The notes: generated by a model from the sequence alone, not told the origin. Shown: positions 31,879 through 42,835, numbered from the stretch's first letter. The stretch: 64,000 bases of DNA from an uncultured delta proteobacterium (GCA_963840855.1 CAWJBB010000068.1:1-64000), one strand, 5' to 3'. Numbers and translations are program-made.

Positions 31879-32061
31879 ATGGACCTGCCGAAATGCCAAA
31901 AGTGCAACAACGGGATTCTCATCCCATTGTCTGATTACGGGCAGGATGGAGCGGCGGTAATTTTCAAAGCTTGGGCCTGCACCAATCCTGACTGCGGTTT
32001 CTCCCTGCGCGTGGACAAGGGCGAAGTCACCTACGGGAAGAAAATCGAGCACAAACACTAG
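31879..32061 (+). CDS. small zinc-ribbon protein (60 aa)
   Basis: CQKC ... CTNPDC; AGGAGG/GGAG RBS. Confidence 0.8.
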   Translation: MDLPKCQKCNNGILIPLSDYGQDGAAVIFKAWACTNPDCGFSLRVDKGEVTYGKKIEHKH

Positions 32062-32160
32062 AATTTTCCAGCTTCGAAGTCATCCTCAGAATCACTTCTC
32101 GATCCAGCATCCGGGACAGAGTCGGAGACCCAGAAACTCCCATACTCCAAAACCCCTGTC

Positions 32161-32817
32161 CTAAGCGAGCATGCTTCGGTTGAAGCTTTGAATCGCCCGG
32201 CCAAACAACTCGCAGCCCTTTTTTAGAGCGTCGAGACATTTCTGCTGGCTCTCGGCGTCCCTGGCGTAACGCCTGAGAATTTCAGGCGCGATCCATTCGT
32301 GCCCTTCTTCGTCGGCGAGCAGAGTATCCCGGTAAATTGACGCGGTGGCGGGATCGATAGGCGCCACTCGCTCGATAAAAGATTTCGACGTGCGCGGAAA
32401 AAATTCTTCGTGGCCGAACTGGACGCTGGCGATCAACTCACAAAGCGATCCCAGGGAGGCGTGAAAGTCCCAAAGCTCTTTCAATTCCGCAAGCGGGTTA
32501 TTCCACAAGGCGTCGGGATCGCCGTCGAGTTCCCGGATACGGCCGCGCAGGATCGAGGCATGCTTGAGCTCGTTGACCACGTACTCCGACATCGGCTGCT
32601 GTAAATCGAGATCGGGAATCCTGCCGACCCACGGCGCGGTCACCTCCGCCGCCTTGCGTTCCATTACGACGCCGAACTGCAAGCGGCGCAGCACCACCGC
32701 CGCCGTCAATGGTTTTTCCGCCCCATAACTTTTTCGCTCCGCGTTCATCTTTTCCCAAAACGACTCGCGCGTGGCGACCAACTGCTGCAGAAACTCCTCC
32801 GGCTTTAGCGTTTCCAT
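32161..32817 (-). CDS. ferritin-like diiron protein
   Basis: E, then NELKH, then HEE, then DEEGH (two ExxH motifs); GGAGG RBS. Confidence 0.75.
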   Translation of the reverse strand: METLKPEEFLQQLVATRESFWEKMNAERKSYGAEKPLTAAVVLRRLQFGVVMERKAAEVTAPWVGRIPDLDLQQPMSEYVVNELKHASILRGRIRELDGDPDALWNNPLAELKELWDFHASLGSLCELIASVQFGHEEFFPRTSKSFIERVAPIDPATASIYRDTLLADEEGHEWIAPEILRRYARDAESQQKCLDALKKGCELFGRAIQSFNRSMLA

Positions 32818-32944
32818 GCTTTCCTCCGCTAAATTGAAGCCCGGTGATTGACTCCCGGTTTCTTTTAGGTTTTAACATTACAAGAATTGAACTTCGGGTC
32901 AAAGCTCGTCGGACAAGTCCAATTATCTGTGATCTACGACTTTC

Positions 32945-33688
32945 ATGGAACCCGCGCAAGCCAAAGCCTACGTCGATGACCTTTATGATGAGGTCCACGC
33001 CCACTGGGACAAAAAGATCAATCAGGGCGAATTCATGACTCGACTCCGGGCAGGCACATTGCCACTGCCTTGCCTGCGCCGTTTCTTTAAGGATTGGGGC
33101 ATGTTTTCCATCGAGGTGGTCGCTCTCAACGCGGTTTCCTATTACGTCCACCTGCCATTCTTCGTCGACAACTTCGATCTTCTCCCGGCGCTCTGCGACA
33201 AAGTCGCTGAGGAGCTGATTTCTCCCAAGCCCCCCGGGCATATTCTCATCCTGCTCGAGACCGCCAACGCCCTGGGCCTTTCCAAAGAAGAATTATTCGA
33301 GACACCCGCTTCAGCCGCCGGCCGCGCCATCAGTGACTACTGCCGGCGAGTGTTTCAGGATGGTTCGATCATCGAGCTCTGGGGCGCCCATGTGTATGAA
33401 GAAACCCTGGGCCACTGGGCCAAGCAGTGGGGCGATGCCATGGTCGCCCATTACGGCATGAGCAAACGCCAGGCGGTTTATTTCACCGCCCACGCCGAAG
33501 CTGACTTGCTGCAGCATGAAGACCGCATGGGCCACGGCCCGCTCAACAGAATGATTCTGCAGCGCATCTTGGAACAGGGAAAGACCGCCAAGAAGCTCGG
33601 CTACGACCCGAGATACTGCGCTTTCACCATGGTCGATCTTCAAGCGCTGATGGAAAAACACGCCCTCGAAGATCCCTACCCCGCTTGA
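32945..33688 (+). CDS. heme-oxygenase-like diiron protein (PqqC/CADD/TenA fold)
   Basis: EE-x8-H, ALGLSKEE, YE, YFTAHAEAD ... H. Confidence 0.78.
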   Translation: MEPAQAKAYVDDLYDEVHAHWDKKINQGEFMTRLRAGTLPLPCLRRFFKDWGMFSIEVVALNAVSYYVHLPFFVDNFDLLPALCDKVAEELISPKPPGHILILLETANALGLSKEELFETPASAAGRAISDYCRRVFQDGSIIELWGAHVYEETLGHWAKQWGDAMVAHYGMSKRQAVYFTAHAEADLLQHEDRMGHGPLNRMILQRILEQGKTAKKLGYDPRYCAFTMVDLQALMEKHALEDPYPA

Positions 33689-33824
33689 ACTCTTGCCCGG
33701 TGCATCTTGATTCCGCCTCAGAGAGACCGGGACCCTCACCTTCCGTCTCCCGCAAGCGTGCGAGGGTGATGATAACGCAAGACTATGAACACTGCATGCG
33801 AAGAGACTGAAGAAAGTCGGCATC

Positions 33825-34760
33825 ATGTTTGTCGTCCTGTTTCTTGAGCTCCTAATCATCGCTTGCGTTTATACGCCTGTCAGCGCCGCCGACTCTCCAC
33901 CCGGAAAATGGCAAAGCCGCGCGCCCATGCCGTCGGCGCGCACTGAGGTCGCGGCGGCGGAGACGGGCGGAAAAATTTATGTCATCGGCGGTTTGGAAAA
34001 ACATGGCGACCGCGTGGAGGAATATAATCCCGTCAATAATAGCTGGCGGCGCCGCGCCTCGCTGCCGCGCCCGCTGCACCATCTCGGCGCCGCTGCGGCG
34101 AACGGCAAAATATACGTCATCGGCGGATATATTTCCGGCGTCGGGCCGGTCGATACCGTCTATGAATACGACCCGGCCAGCGACCGCTGGCGCGCGCGCT
34201 TGGCCATGCCTACGGCGCGCGGCGCATTGTCCGTCGGCGTGATCGCCGGAAAGATTTTTGCCGTCGGCGGCGTCGGCACGAATAAGAAAAACACCGGCGC
34301 AAACGAAGAGTACGACCCCGCGCAAGATCGTTGGTCACGCCGCGCGCCTATGCCGACCCCCCGAGATCACCACGCGATCGGCGTCGTTGGCGAGAAACTT
34401 TACGCCGTCGCCGGGCGCCTGGACGGCGAGCATAGTAGAAACGTCGCGGTAAACGAAGAATACGACCCGGCCACCGACCGCTGGCGCCGCCGGGCGCCGA
34501 TACCGACGATCAGAAGCGGTCTCGGCGGCGCTTCATTGGGCGGCCTACTTTTTGTCTTTGGCGGCGAGTCTCGTGGCCGAACACATAATGACGCCGAGTC
34601 CTTCGATCCGGCGAACAACGAATGGCGCGCCTGGGCCCCGATGCCCACCGCCCGCCACGGCTTCGCCATCGCGGTTATCGGCAACTCGATCTACGTGATC
34701 TCCGGCGGACCTAAAGCCGGCGCGACGTTTTCATCGGTGAATGAAGTCTTCACGCCGTGA
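33825..34760 (+). CDS. secreted Kelch-repeat beta-propeller protein
   Basis: Six GKIYVIGG ... YDP-x3-W ... MPT-x-R repeats; signal peptide. Confidence 0.92.
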   Translation: MFVVLFLELLIIACVYTPVSAADSPPGKWQSRAPMPSARTEVAAAETGGKIYVIGGLEKHGDRVEEYNPVNNSWRRRASLPRPLHHLGAAAANGKIYVIGGYISGVGPVDTVYEYDPASDRWRARLAMPTARGALSVGVIAGKIFAVGGVGTNKKNTGANEEYDPAQDRWSRRAPMPTPRDHHAIGVVGEKLYAVAGRLDGEHSRNVAVNEEYDPATDRWRRRAPIPTIRSGLGGASLGGLLFVFGGESRGRTHNDAESFDPANNEWRAWAPMPTARHGFAIAVIGNSIYVISGGPKAGATFSSVNEVFTP

Positions 34761-34809
34761 AGCCGCGTTGAATGAACCTGCGCCCGGGCATTCCCGCTTG
34801 CCGCATGGG

Positions 34810-35806
34810 TTAAAAATCCCTACGCCCAACATGGCTCGCCGGTTCAGTGTTGAGAAAATCCAATACACGGCGGGTTAGCCAATCTAAACTTCCCGGAAAT
34901 CCACCGGAGACAAAACCGACATGACCGCCGGTGACGGCATAGTTCAGAGTCACCGCGTTGGACACTTCCTCGGGACGCGGCATACGATGCGGCCGGAATG
35001 AATGGATCGTTAAACGCATGGACCAGCAAGGTCGGCACTTTGATTTGTTTCAGCCACGCCTTGCTGCTGGCCCGCGTCCAATAATCCTAGCGTCTTTGAA
35101 GCCATGAACCGGCGCGGTATAGAGATTATCAAATTCGCGAAACGTGGACGCTCGTCTTACCTGCCGCGGATCCAAGGATAATTGATGCGCTGTTATTTTT
35201 CCAAGTACTTTTCGTCTAAGCGGCCGAAGAAAATCGGGTGTAGATCAGTTTTTTCATGCCGCGATCGAGTTCACTGGCAGCGGCCACCAGATCCACCGGA
35301 ACCGAAACGCCGACCGCGCGCCGGATGATTGTTGAAGCGTTTTCCCCCTGTTCACCGAGCCACTTGAGCAGCATGTTGCCGCCGAGCGATACTCCAAGTG
35401 TGAATATTTCGGCGCTGGGATGCCGTTCCTTGAGCCGGCGCAGTATCCAGTCAATTTCATCCGAATCCCCCGAATGGTAAGAGCGCACCAGCCGGTTGGG
35501 CTCGCCGCTGCAGCCGCGAAAATGAGGCACCACCCCGCGCCAGCCTTGCTGTCGCACCGCCGACATCAGCGCCAGAGCATAATGGCTGCGCGAACACCCT
35601 TCCAACCCGTGGAACACAACGAGCAACCTGGCCTCGGTGCTCGCAGAATCGATCCAGTCCAGGTCGATGAAGTCATTGTCCGGCGTTTCCCAGCGCTCAC
35701 GGCGGTAAACTAAATTGGGGGTGAGCTTTTGGTAATAGGCATAGATGGTTTGTAGCGTACCACCGGGCAGCCACAGGGGCGCCCGGTAGCCGGAATCTAA
35801 GCTCAC
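34810..35806 (-). pseudogene. YheT-family alpha/beta hydrolase, multiply frameshifted
   Basis: HGLEG, GVSLGG, DPF and GGHVGF motifs split over frames, with breaks near 35225, 35090 and 34985. Confidence 0.75.
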
Positions 35807-35922
35807 ATCGTCCCCGAATCGTTGCACCGCAACATTCCTTTGAGGGCCGCGCAAAAAGGATTCGGACGCGAGCCGCGCGGCTCTCGTGGTTCGTGTTCGT
35901 CCGGACGGTGAAACGAGCACGA

Positions 35923-38880
35923 TCACGAGCCACGAGCACGATTCCCATCCTGCTCCTCCGGCGGCATAAACCCATGGCGCTGAGTATTCTCAGAGATCGT
36001 TCGCGGTTCGAGAAATTGCAAAAGATAATCCGGGCCACCGGCCTTGGAGCCAATGCCCGAGAGCTTCAGTCCGCCGAAGGGCTGGCGTTCGACGACGGCG
36101 CCGGTGATGCCGCGGTTGATGTAGAGATTGCCGACCCGGAATTCTTTCCGCCCCTGCTCGATATGCGCGGGAGAACGCGAGAAGAAGCCGCCGGTCAAAG
36201 CGTATGAAGAGTCATTGGCGATCGCCAGCGCGTGGTCGAAATCCCGCGCTCTGATGACCGACAAAACCGGGCCGAATATTTCCTCCTGGGCGATGCGGCT
36301 TTGCGGATCGACATCGCTGAAAATTGCCGGGCCGATGAAGAAACCTTCCGCGGGCGCGTCCATTTCGAGCACGCACTTCCCTTCTTTTTTGCCAATTTGG
36401 ATATACTCGACGATTCGACTTTTCGCTTCGGCATCGATCACCGGGCCGATGGCGTAGCGCGGATCTTCGGGGGGGCCGATCTTGAGGCTTTTCGTCGCTT
36501 CGACGAGCCGCGACAGCAACCGGTCGTGCACTTCTCCCAACAGGATGAGGCGCGAAGCCGCTGAACATTTTTGTCCTTGATAACCAAACGCGGAATCAAT
36601 GATATGCACCACCGCTTCATCGAGATCGGCGTCGTTGTCGACGATCACGGCGTTTTTGCCGCCCATCTCGCAAACCACTTTCTTGACATGCGTTTGTCCG
36701 GGACGATGGCTATAGGCCTGCTTGAGAATCTCCAGACCCACTTCCCGCGAGCCGGTAAACGCGATCAGATGAATTTTCGGCGACCGCACCAGATGGGCGC
36801 CCAGCTCTCCGCCGCCCTGGAGAAGCTGGCAGGCATCATCGGGCAATCCCGCTTCGCGCAGGATGGCGAGCAGGTGTTCGGCCATCACCGGCGACTGCTC
36901 GGCCGGCTTCATGAGCGCGCAGTTGCCTGTCACCAGCGCGGCAGCGGTCATACCGGCAAGGATCGCCAGAGGAAAATTCCAGGGCGCGATAGTCACCGCG
37001 ACGCCGCGCGGTTCATAGAGATAGAGATTCGTCTCGCTCGGCAGCCATTGTGTGTTTCGCGGCTTGGCGAGCCGCAACATCTCCCGGCCATAATATTCGA
37101 GATAGTCGATGGCCTCCGCCACGTCGGCATCCGCTTCGCGCCAGCCTTTGCCGGCTTCGAAGAGCTCCCAGGCGGCTAACTCCCAGCGTTTCTCGCGCAT
37201 GATCCCGGCTGCCGAGAAAAGAATTTCGGCGCGCTTCTCCGCCGCCGTATCGCGCCACTCGGGGAAAAAGCGCGCCGCGGCATCAATGGCTTCGTCGGCT
37301 TGGCCGACACTCGTGAGACGCACGCGGCCAATAATTTCCTTGGCATTGGCGGGATTCACCGATTCCAACCACTCACCGGCGCGACGACGGCTTTTCAATT
37401 GGCCTCGCACCCTGTCAAGCGTTACGCGGAAGCGCTCGCGGTTTTCCCGCCGCGAAAAATCGATGGGCGGCTCGTTTTGAAACGCCCCTCGACCGCCTGC
37501 CGGTTGCGATTCATGCGCCGCCACCGAGCGCCTCACCGCGGCTGCCGGAGGTTTGATCAAAGAATCGATATCTTTTTTATCGGCGTAGGTCTGGCGCAGA
37601 AAAGAGGTGTTGGAAGTGTTCTCCATCAGGCGGCGAATCAAGTAGGAAATACCCGGCAGCAACTCGCCCACCGGCAAATAGACCCGCACTCTTTGGCCGT
37701 TTTGAATGATCGCCTGGCGCACCGGCTCGGCCATGCCGTAAAGCATCTGGATTTCATAACCGTTGACGGGAACGCCAAGCTGCTTGGCGGCTACGATGGC
37801 ATAGGCAAGACTGCGCAGATTGTGACTGCCGAAAGCGGCGTCGATAATGTCGTGGCCTTCCAGCAACAAACGACTGAGGCGCTCGTAGTTGGCGTCGGTT
37901 TCCGCCTTGTCTAAGAACACCGGGATGGGCCAGTTTTTCTGTTTGGCCCAGGCGATCTCGCTGTCCCAGTACGCGCCTTTGACCAGGCGCACGCCGACTC
38001 TTCGTTTGCGCCGCTGCGCCCAGCGTATCAGTTCGCGCACGTCCTTCTCGGTGTCTTTCAAATAGGCTTGCAGCGCGATGGCGGCGACCGGCGCGTGGCG
38101 AAATTCCGGTTCTTCCAGTACGCTGCGAAAAATCGCCAGGGTGAGGTCTCTGAAAGCATTCTGCTCCATGTCGACGGTCACCGCCGCGCCCAAGCGCGCG
38201 GCTTCGCGGAAAAGCTCCGCCAGGCGCTCCCGAACAACCGATTCCGTGGCCGGGTCCAAGGGATCGAAGCGGGCGCAGAGCGACGAAAGCTTAACGGACA
38301 GATTCACCCGCGGTAGCGGGCCGTATGGCGATTCATCGATTTGCCGAATGAGCGGCCAGGATTGGCTAACGGACGCCAGACGCCGCAGCAGATCGAGATA
38401 CCGTTTCTGCATGGCAAGCGCTTCATTATCGCTCACCGTCGCTTCGCCGACGACGTCGAGCGTGAAAGCGGCGGGTTCCTTTCTGAGTTGCGCCAAAACC
38501 GTCTCTAAATGATTGCCGCTTTCCTCGGCGATGAAGCGGCGCGCCAGTTTGACGACGTTGCGCCGGACCATGGGGGCGACCAGCGTGCCGGCGCGCAGCG
38601 CCTGGGCGAGAAAAACCAGGCCGCCGAGGGCATGATCCACCCGAGAAAAATACTCTTCCAAGTGCCGGCCGATTTCCGCTGAAGACCCCAGACTCGGCAG
38701 CACGTCGACGAAGCGGAACAGCGCCACGCGCAAGGATTCATCTTCCAATGACCATTCGATCATGCGGCCCAACAAATCCTGGGCTTCGAAGAGCGAAGGC
38801 TTGTGCTCCGCCGCATGCCGAGAAAGCGACCGGGCCAGCCGCTGTACTTCTTGTTCAAACGCGTCAACTACCGCAGCCAT
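35923..38880 (-). CDS. putA: bifunctional proline dehydrogenase / P5C dehydrogenase
   Basis: LFRFVDVLP, RLVKGAYWD, YLIRRLMEN, PWNFP, EMGGKN, GQKCSA, EEIFGP. Confidence 0.93.
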   Translation of the reverse strand: MAAVVDAFEQEVQRLARSLSRHAAEHKPSLFEAQDLLGRMIEWSLEDESLRVALFRFVDVLPSLGSSAEIGRHLEEYFSRVDHALGGLVFLAQALRAGTLVAPMVRRNVVKLARRFIAEESGNHLETVLAQLRKEPAAFTLDVVGEATVSDNEALAMQKRYLDLLRRLASVSQSWPLIRQIDESPYGPLPRVNLSVKLSSLCARFDPLDPATESVVRERLAELFREAARLGAAVTVDMEQNAFRDLTLAIFRSVLEEPEFRHAPVAAIALQAYLKDTEKDVRELIRWAQRRKRRVGVRLVKGAYWDSEIAWAKQKNWPIPVFLDKAETDANYERLSRLLLEGHDIIDAAFGSHNLRSLAYAIVAAKQLGVPVNGYEIQMLYGMAEPVRQAIIQNGQRVRVYLPVGELLPGISYLIRRLMENTSNTSFLRQTYADKKDIDSLIKPPAAAVRRSVAAHESQPAGGRGAFQNEPPIDFSRRENRERFRVTLDRVRGQLKSRRRAGEWLESVNPANAKEIIGRVRLTSVGQADEAIDAAARFFPEWRDTAAEKRAEILFSAAGIMREKRWELAAWELFEAGKGWREADADVAEAIDYLEYYGREMLRLAKPRNTQWLPSETNLYLYEPRGVAVTIAPWNFPLAILAGMTAAALVTGNCALMKPAEQSPVMAEHLLAILREAGLPDDACQLLQGGGELGAHLVRSPKIHLIAFTGSREVGLEILKQAYSHRPGQTHVKKVVCEMGGKNAVIVDNDADLDEAVVHIIDSAFGYQGQKCSAASRLILLGEVHDRLLSRLVEATKSLKIGPPEDPRYAIGPVIDAEAKSRIVEYIQIGKKEGKCVLEMDAPAEGFFIGPAIFSDVDPQSRIAQEEIFGPVLSVIRARDFDHALAIANDSSYALTGGFFSRSPAHIEQGRKEFRVGNLYINRGITGAVVERQPFGGLKLSGIGSKAGGPDYLLQFLEPRTISENTQRHGFMPPEEQDGNRARGS

Positions 38881-38964
38881 ATTTGCCTCGGATCCGATAC
38901 TATCATAAACCCGTCGCGGCGAGGCATGAAAACCATAGAGCAATCTGCTACAGATCATGGCGAC

Positions 38965-40659
38965 ATGAACAATGCCTCCGACACCGTGACCGGCGCCGAA
39001 GCGGTAGTTGAAATGCTCACCCTGCATGGGGTCGAGATGCTGTTCGGCTTGTGCGGCGACACCAGCCTGCCGTTGTACGACGCGCTGGCGCGATTGCCGC
39101 ACGGCATGCGCCACATCCTCGCGCGCGACGAGCGTTCGGCGGCCTACATGGCCGACGGTTACGCGCGCGTCGCCGGCAAAGTCGGCGTCTGCGAGGGGCC
39201 CAGCGGGGGCGGCGTGACGTACCTGTTGCCGGGCCTCGCGGAAGCCAACGAATCAGCCGTACCCGTGCTCGGCATAAACAGCGACATTTCCGTTGCCGCC
39301 CGCGGACGATATACCTTGACCGAAATCGACCAGGGCGCGCTGATGCGCCCCGTGACCAAGTGGAACGCGGTGCTCGACCGTTCTCAGGACATCCCAAGAA
39401 TTTTTCGCGCCGCATTCGATCAAATGACCACCGGGCGGCCTGGCGCGGCGCATATCGCTTTGCCCTTCGACGTGCAAAACGGCCCGGTGCACCGAACCGA
39501 GCTGTTTGCCGATCCGAGCCTGGGCCAATATCCGGCACGGCGAGTCGCGCCGGATCCCGCCGAAGTCGCGCGCGCGGCAAAACTCCTCGGCGCAGCGGCT
39601 CGTCCGGTTTTCATCTGCGGCGGGGGCGTGGTGATTTCTGGCGCACATGAAGAACTGCTTCGGCTCGCGGAACGACTCACCGCTCCGGTGGCAACCAGCA
39701 TAAGCGGCAAAGGTTCCATCGGCGAAGCGCATCCCCTCGCCGCCGGCGTCGTCGGCTCCAACGGCGGCACACCGGAGACCCGCGCCATTATCGATGACGC
39801 GGATTTGATCGTCTTCGTCGGCTGCCGCGCCGGATCGGTAACCACGGAGCGCTGGCGTTATCCAGCGCCCGGAAAAGTAAAGGTGGTTCATCTCGATATC
39901 GATCCCGCCGTGCTCGGCGCCAACTATCCCGTAGAAGCCGGGCTGGTGGGAGACGCCAAGCTTGGGCTGGCGGCGTTAAACGACGCGTTGGCAACGGCAA
40001 TGCGTCGTCCGCTAAACGCCGACCGGGTGCAAAAAGCCAAAGAAGAAAAATTTAGAAAATTCCAAGCCCTCGCGGCATCGATTGAAAAACCGATCAAGCC
40101 CGAGCGCGTGGTCGCGGAACTAAGCCGGGCGCTCGATCCGGACGCCATCGTGGTTGCCGATGCCGGCACGCCCTGTCCCTATTTATCCGCTTACTACGAG
40201 CTCAGCCGGCCCGGACGGCGCTTTATTTCCAACCGCGCCCATGGCGCCCTTGGTTACTCTTTGCCGGCAGCCATTGGCACGCACTTCGCGCGGCCTCAAG
40301 GAAAATGCGTTGCGGTGATGGGCGACGGCAGCTTTGGCTTCGCCTGCGGCGATCTCGAAACCGCTGCGCGCTACCGACTGCCGATCACTTTCATCGTCAT
40401 CGCCAACGCAACCTATGGCTGGATCAAAGCCGGGCAAAAATCGGGTTACAACCAACGCTACTTCGGAGTCGATTTCACCGCCACCGACCACGCCGCGGTG
40501 GCCGCCGCCTTCGGCCTAAGAAGCTGGCGCGTAACGGAGCCAGATCAGCTCGGCAAGGTCTTACGCGAAGCTCTGGCACCAGCGGAACCGACCCTCGTGG
40601 ATATCGTCTGCCAGCCCTTGCATGAGGCCAAAGCGCCGGTGTCGGAATGGATCGCCTGA
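38965..40659 (+). CDS. thiamine pyrophosphate-dependent enzyme (acetolactate synthase-like)
   Basis: ARDERSAAYMADGYAR, GRPG, GDGSF-x-N motif. Confidence 0.9.
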   Translation: MNNASDTVTGAEAVVEMLTLHGVEMLFGLCGDTSLPLYDALARLPHGMRHILARDERSAAYMADGYARVAGKVGVCEGPSGGGVTYLLPGLAEANESAVPVLGINSDISVAARGRYTLTEIDQGALMRPVTKWNAVLDRSQDIPRIFRAAFDQMTTGRPGAAHIALPFDVQNGPVHRTELFADPSLGQYPARRVAPDPAEVARAAKLLGAAARPVFICGGGVVISGAHEELLRLAERLTAPVATSISGKGSIGEAHPLAAGVVGSNGGTPETRAIIDDADLIVFVGCRAGSVTTERWRYPAPGKVKVVHLDIDPAVLGANYPVEAGLVGDAKLGLAALNDALATAMRRPLNADRVQKAKEEKFRKFQALAASIEKPIKPERVVAELSRALDPDAIVVADAGTPCPYLSAYYELSRPGRRFISNRAHGALGYSLPAAIGTHFARPQGKCVAVMGDGSFGFACGDLETAARYRLPITFIVIANATYGWIKAGQKSGYNQRYFGVDFTATDHAAVAAAFGLRSWRVTEPDQLGKVLREALAPAEPTLVDIVCQPLHEAKAPVSEWIA

Positions 40660-40664
40660 AAAAC

Positions 40665-40737
40665 AGGCGTGAGGCAACAGGCAATAGTAAATCAAAATCG
40701 TTTTCCTTTCGTACTACTGCCTAATGCCTCATTGCCT
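40665..40737. repeat. inverted AGGC-heptamer array between convergent genes
   Basis: AGGCGTG AGGCAAC AGGCAAT ... GCCTAAT GCCTCATT GCCT. Confidence 0.7.
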
Positions 40738-40741
40738 CCAT

Positions 40742-41203
40742 TCAGTTTTCCAGCCGCACTTTGGTGCCGAGATTGGCGCAGTCCTCGTCGGTCTTCAGAC
40801 CTGCGGCGCGGATGCCGTGGGCGGCGAGTTCTTCATCGCGCTCTTGGGTGTCTCCCGTGACGCCGACGGCACCGATGACTTCCCCGTCGTTATCACGGAT
40901 CAGCATACCGCCGCCTTCAGGAAAGATTTGATCGCCCGAGGCGCGCATCAGATACTGCATGAACAGCGGCCGTTCTTCGGTGCGGACGCGGACGAGCGAC
41001 GAAGAACGCCCCAGGGCAAGCGCGGCATAGGCTTTGCCGTAAGCCATCTCGAAGCGCATCATCGACGAGTCGTCCTCTTTTTGAAAGGCTTTCACCTTGG
41101 CGCCGGGTTCGACCACGATGGCGCTGAGCGGACGACAAGCAAGCTCACGCCCGCGCGCGAAAATGGCTTCAATAATACGATTCGACTGAGCTAGCGTGAC
41201 CAT
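40742..41203 (-). CDS. GlcG/HbpS family heme-binding protein
   Basis: AYGKAYAA, GGG, IGAVGVTG, DE. Confidence 0.88.
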   Translation of the reverse strand: MVTLAQSNRIIEAIFARGRELACRPLSAIVVEPGAKVKAFQKEDDSSMMRFEMAYGKAYAALALGRSSSLVRVRTEERPLFMQYLMRASGDQIFPEGGGMLIRDNDGEVIGAVGVTGDTQERDEELAAHGIRAAGLKTDEDCANLGTKVRLEN

Positions 41204-41356
41204 GGCTAGATTCCTACCTATTAATTGTTCGACAGAAGAGCTTTAACAGAGTTTGTCGCCCCCCTACTCTGTCATCTCTGTACTACTATGTTTAAGAGTT
41301 TTCGCAGGCTCGCGCAAATTTTCCGGTAACCTGCAATACTTGAATGAGGGGATCGA

Positions 41357-41468
41357 CTCGCGCCAAGGCGCAAAGCGCGCCAAGTTCGGAAGGGAAAGAT
41401 TGATAATCTTACAAACGATCTTCACCATTTTTCTCCGCCCTTTGCGGCCTTGGCGTACTTTGCGCGAG
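41357..41468. repeat. REP-like imperfect inverted repeat
   Basis: CTCGCGCCAAGGCGCAAAG ... CTTTGCGGCCTTGGCGTACTTTGCGCGAG. Confidence 0.65.
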
Positions 41469-41532
41469 ATATTCCTAGTTTTGGTTGCGGCTTCGCCGCG
41501 CTAGGCCCTCTGTGGTTAAATTTCTTCTTTCG

Positions 41533-42387
41533 CTAGCTAAATAGAACCTTGGCCAGCTCGGAGCGATACTGGTCCGTCAACGGATCCTCCGAGCCCAGCA
41601 CCTCGAAGATTTGCACCATCGCCTTGCGCCCGCCGTCGTCTTGGAAACTTCGGTCGGTTTTCACGATGACGAGAAGCTCCGCGAGCGCTTCTTGGTATTT
41701 TTCCGCGCCCGCCAATGCCTGAGCGAGCTCGAATCTCGCATCGAGATTCTTCGGCTCCGCGTCAACCTTGGCGCGCAGCGCCGTTAGGTCCTGTGCCGCG
41801 CCGCCGTGAAGTTTCAAGCGAGCGATCAGCCGATCCGCTTCTTTTCGTTCATCGGCGACAATCGGGATTTTGTCGAGGAATTCCAAAGCCGCTTCATTAT
41901 CACCCGCGTTCATCGCCAGACGTCCCAATCCAAGCAGTGATTTTGCGTGACTCGGGTCGGTTTCCAAAATCGACTGAAACAGAGCTTTCGCTTCCGCGTC
42001 TTTACCCTGATCTTCGAGCGCCGCGGCTTCTTGCGCTCGTTTGTCAGCCGCGCTCGGTAAAAACTTGGACAAAAATTCTCGCAGCATCGGTTCCGGCAGG
42101 GCGCCGGTGAATTCCGACGCAAGATCGCCGTCTTTGAACAGCTTCACAGCCGGGATGCCTTGAATGCCAAACGCTCCCGCTAGATTCTGATTCTCGTCGA
42201 CGTTGACTTTAGCGAGCACGAACTCGCCACCGTACTCGTCGGCCAATTTTTCTAGTACCGGACCGAGTACTTTGCACGGTCCGCACCATTCCGCCCAAAA
42301 ATCCACCAGCACCGGAACTTCCTTGGATTGTTCCAGCACCGCCAGCTCGAAATTTTCCTCGTTAACGTCGATGGTCCACTGATTCTC
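41533..42387 (-). CDS. thioredoxin-TPR protein (CnoX/YbbN family)
   Basis: [14 protein letters not shown] helices, [10 protein letters not shown]. The frame extends to [12 protein letters not shown] but has no ATG, possibly a 1-nt error. Confidence 0.88.
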   Translation of the reverse strand, partial: ENQWTIDVNEENFELAVLEQSKEVPVLVDFWAEWCGPCKVLGPVLEKLADEYGGEFVLAKVNVDENQNLAGAFGIQGIPAVKLFKDGDLASEFTGALPEPMLREFLSKFLPSAADKRAQEAAALEDQGKDAEAKALFQSILETDPSHAKSLLGLGRLAMNAGDNEAALEFLDKIPIVADERKEADRLIARLKLHGGAAQDLTALRAKVDAEPKNLDARFELAQALAGAEKYQEALAELLVIVKTDRSFQDDGGRKAMVQIFEVLGSEDPLTDQYRSELAKVLFS

Positions 42388-42455
42388 GATTCAGCAGTAA
42401 ATCCTACTTCGACGTTTCTTCGAACCGAGTTTCGAAACGTTGGCAAACTACTGAT

Positions 42456-42701
42456 TTATTCAGCAATGATCGCTTTGCCGAAGTCACGCACTTTGGCCGC
42501 GGTTGGGCGCATCGCATATACCAGCGCTTCCGTGATCTCATCTTCGCTGGCGCCGGCTTTGCGCGCCCGTGCCAAGTGGCGTCTGGCGCCGCCCTCGCGG
42601 CCGATGGCGACGCACACGGCAAAAAATACCAACTGCGCCGTCTTCGGATCCATTGATCCTTCCTTATATTTCACATTAAAGAATTCTTTCTCCGTCGTCA
42701 T
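42456..42701 (-). CDS. carboxymuconolactone decarboxylase/AhpD-like small protein
   Basis: MDPKTAQLV, H-x3-ARKAGASEDEI-x-EA; AAGGAG RBS. Confidence 0.8.
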   Translation of the reverse strand: MTTEKEFFNVKYKEGSMDPKTAQLVFFAVCVAIGREGGARRHLARARKAGASEDEITEALVYAMRPTAAKVRDFGKAIIAE

Positions 42702-42754
42702 GTCTTCTCCTTATATTTTTCCCCGACCGCCAAAAGCGAAGTCGTGGGAGTTTG

Positions 42755-42835
42755 CACCGCCGAGGCGCAGAGGGCGCAGAGTCGAGAGCGTTTGTTAAAA
42801 AATCTCCGAACTCGGCGAACTCTGTGTCTGTGGTG
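42755..42835. repeat. REP-like imperfect inverted repeat
   Basis: CACCGCCGAGGCGCAGAG ... CTCTGTGTCTGTGGTG. Confidence 0.55.

Noticed and set aside
32945-33688. Calling pqqC or tenA
   Set aside because: Fold-level similarity only; no pqq or thiamine-salvage context.
33825-34760. Internal DNA repeats in the Kelch gene
   Set aside because: Explained by ordinary Kelch protein repeats.
38803-39114. Apparent head-to-head overlap of putA and the TPP enzyme
   Set aside because: Caused by maximal ORF extension; plausible starts at 38880 and 38965 leave a normal divergent gap.
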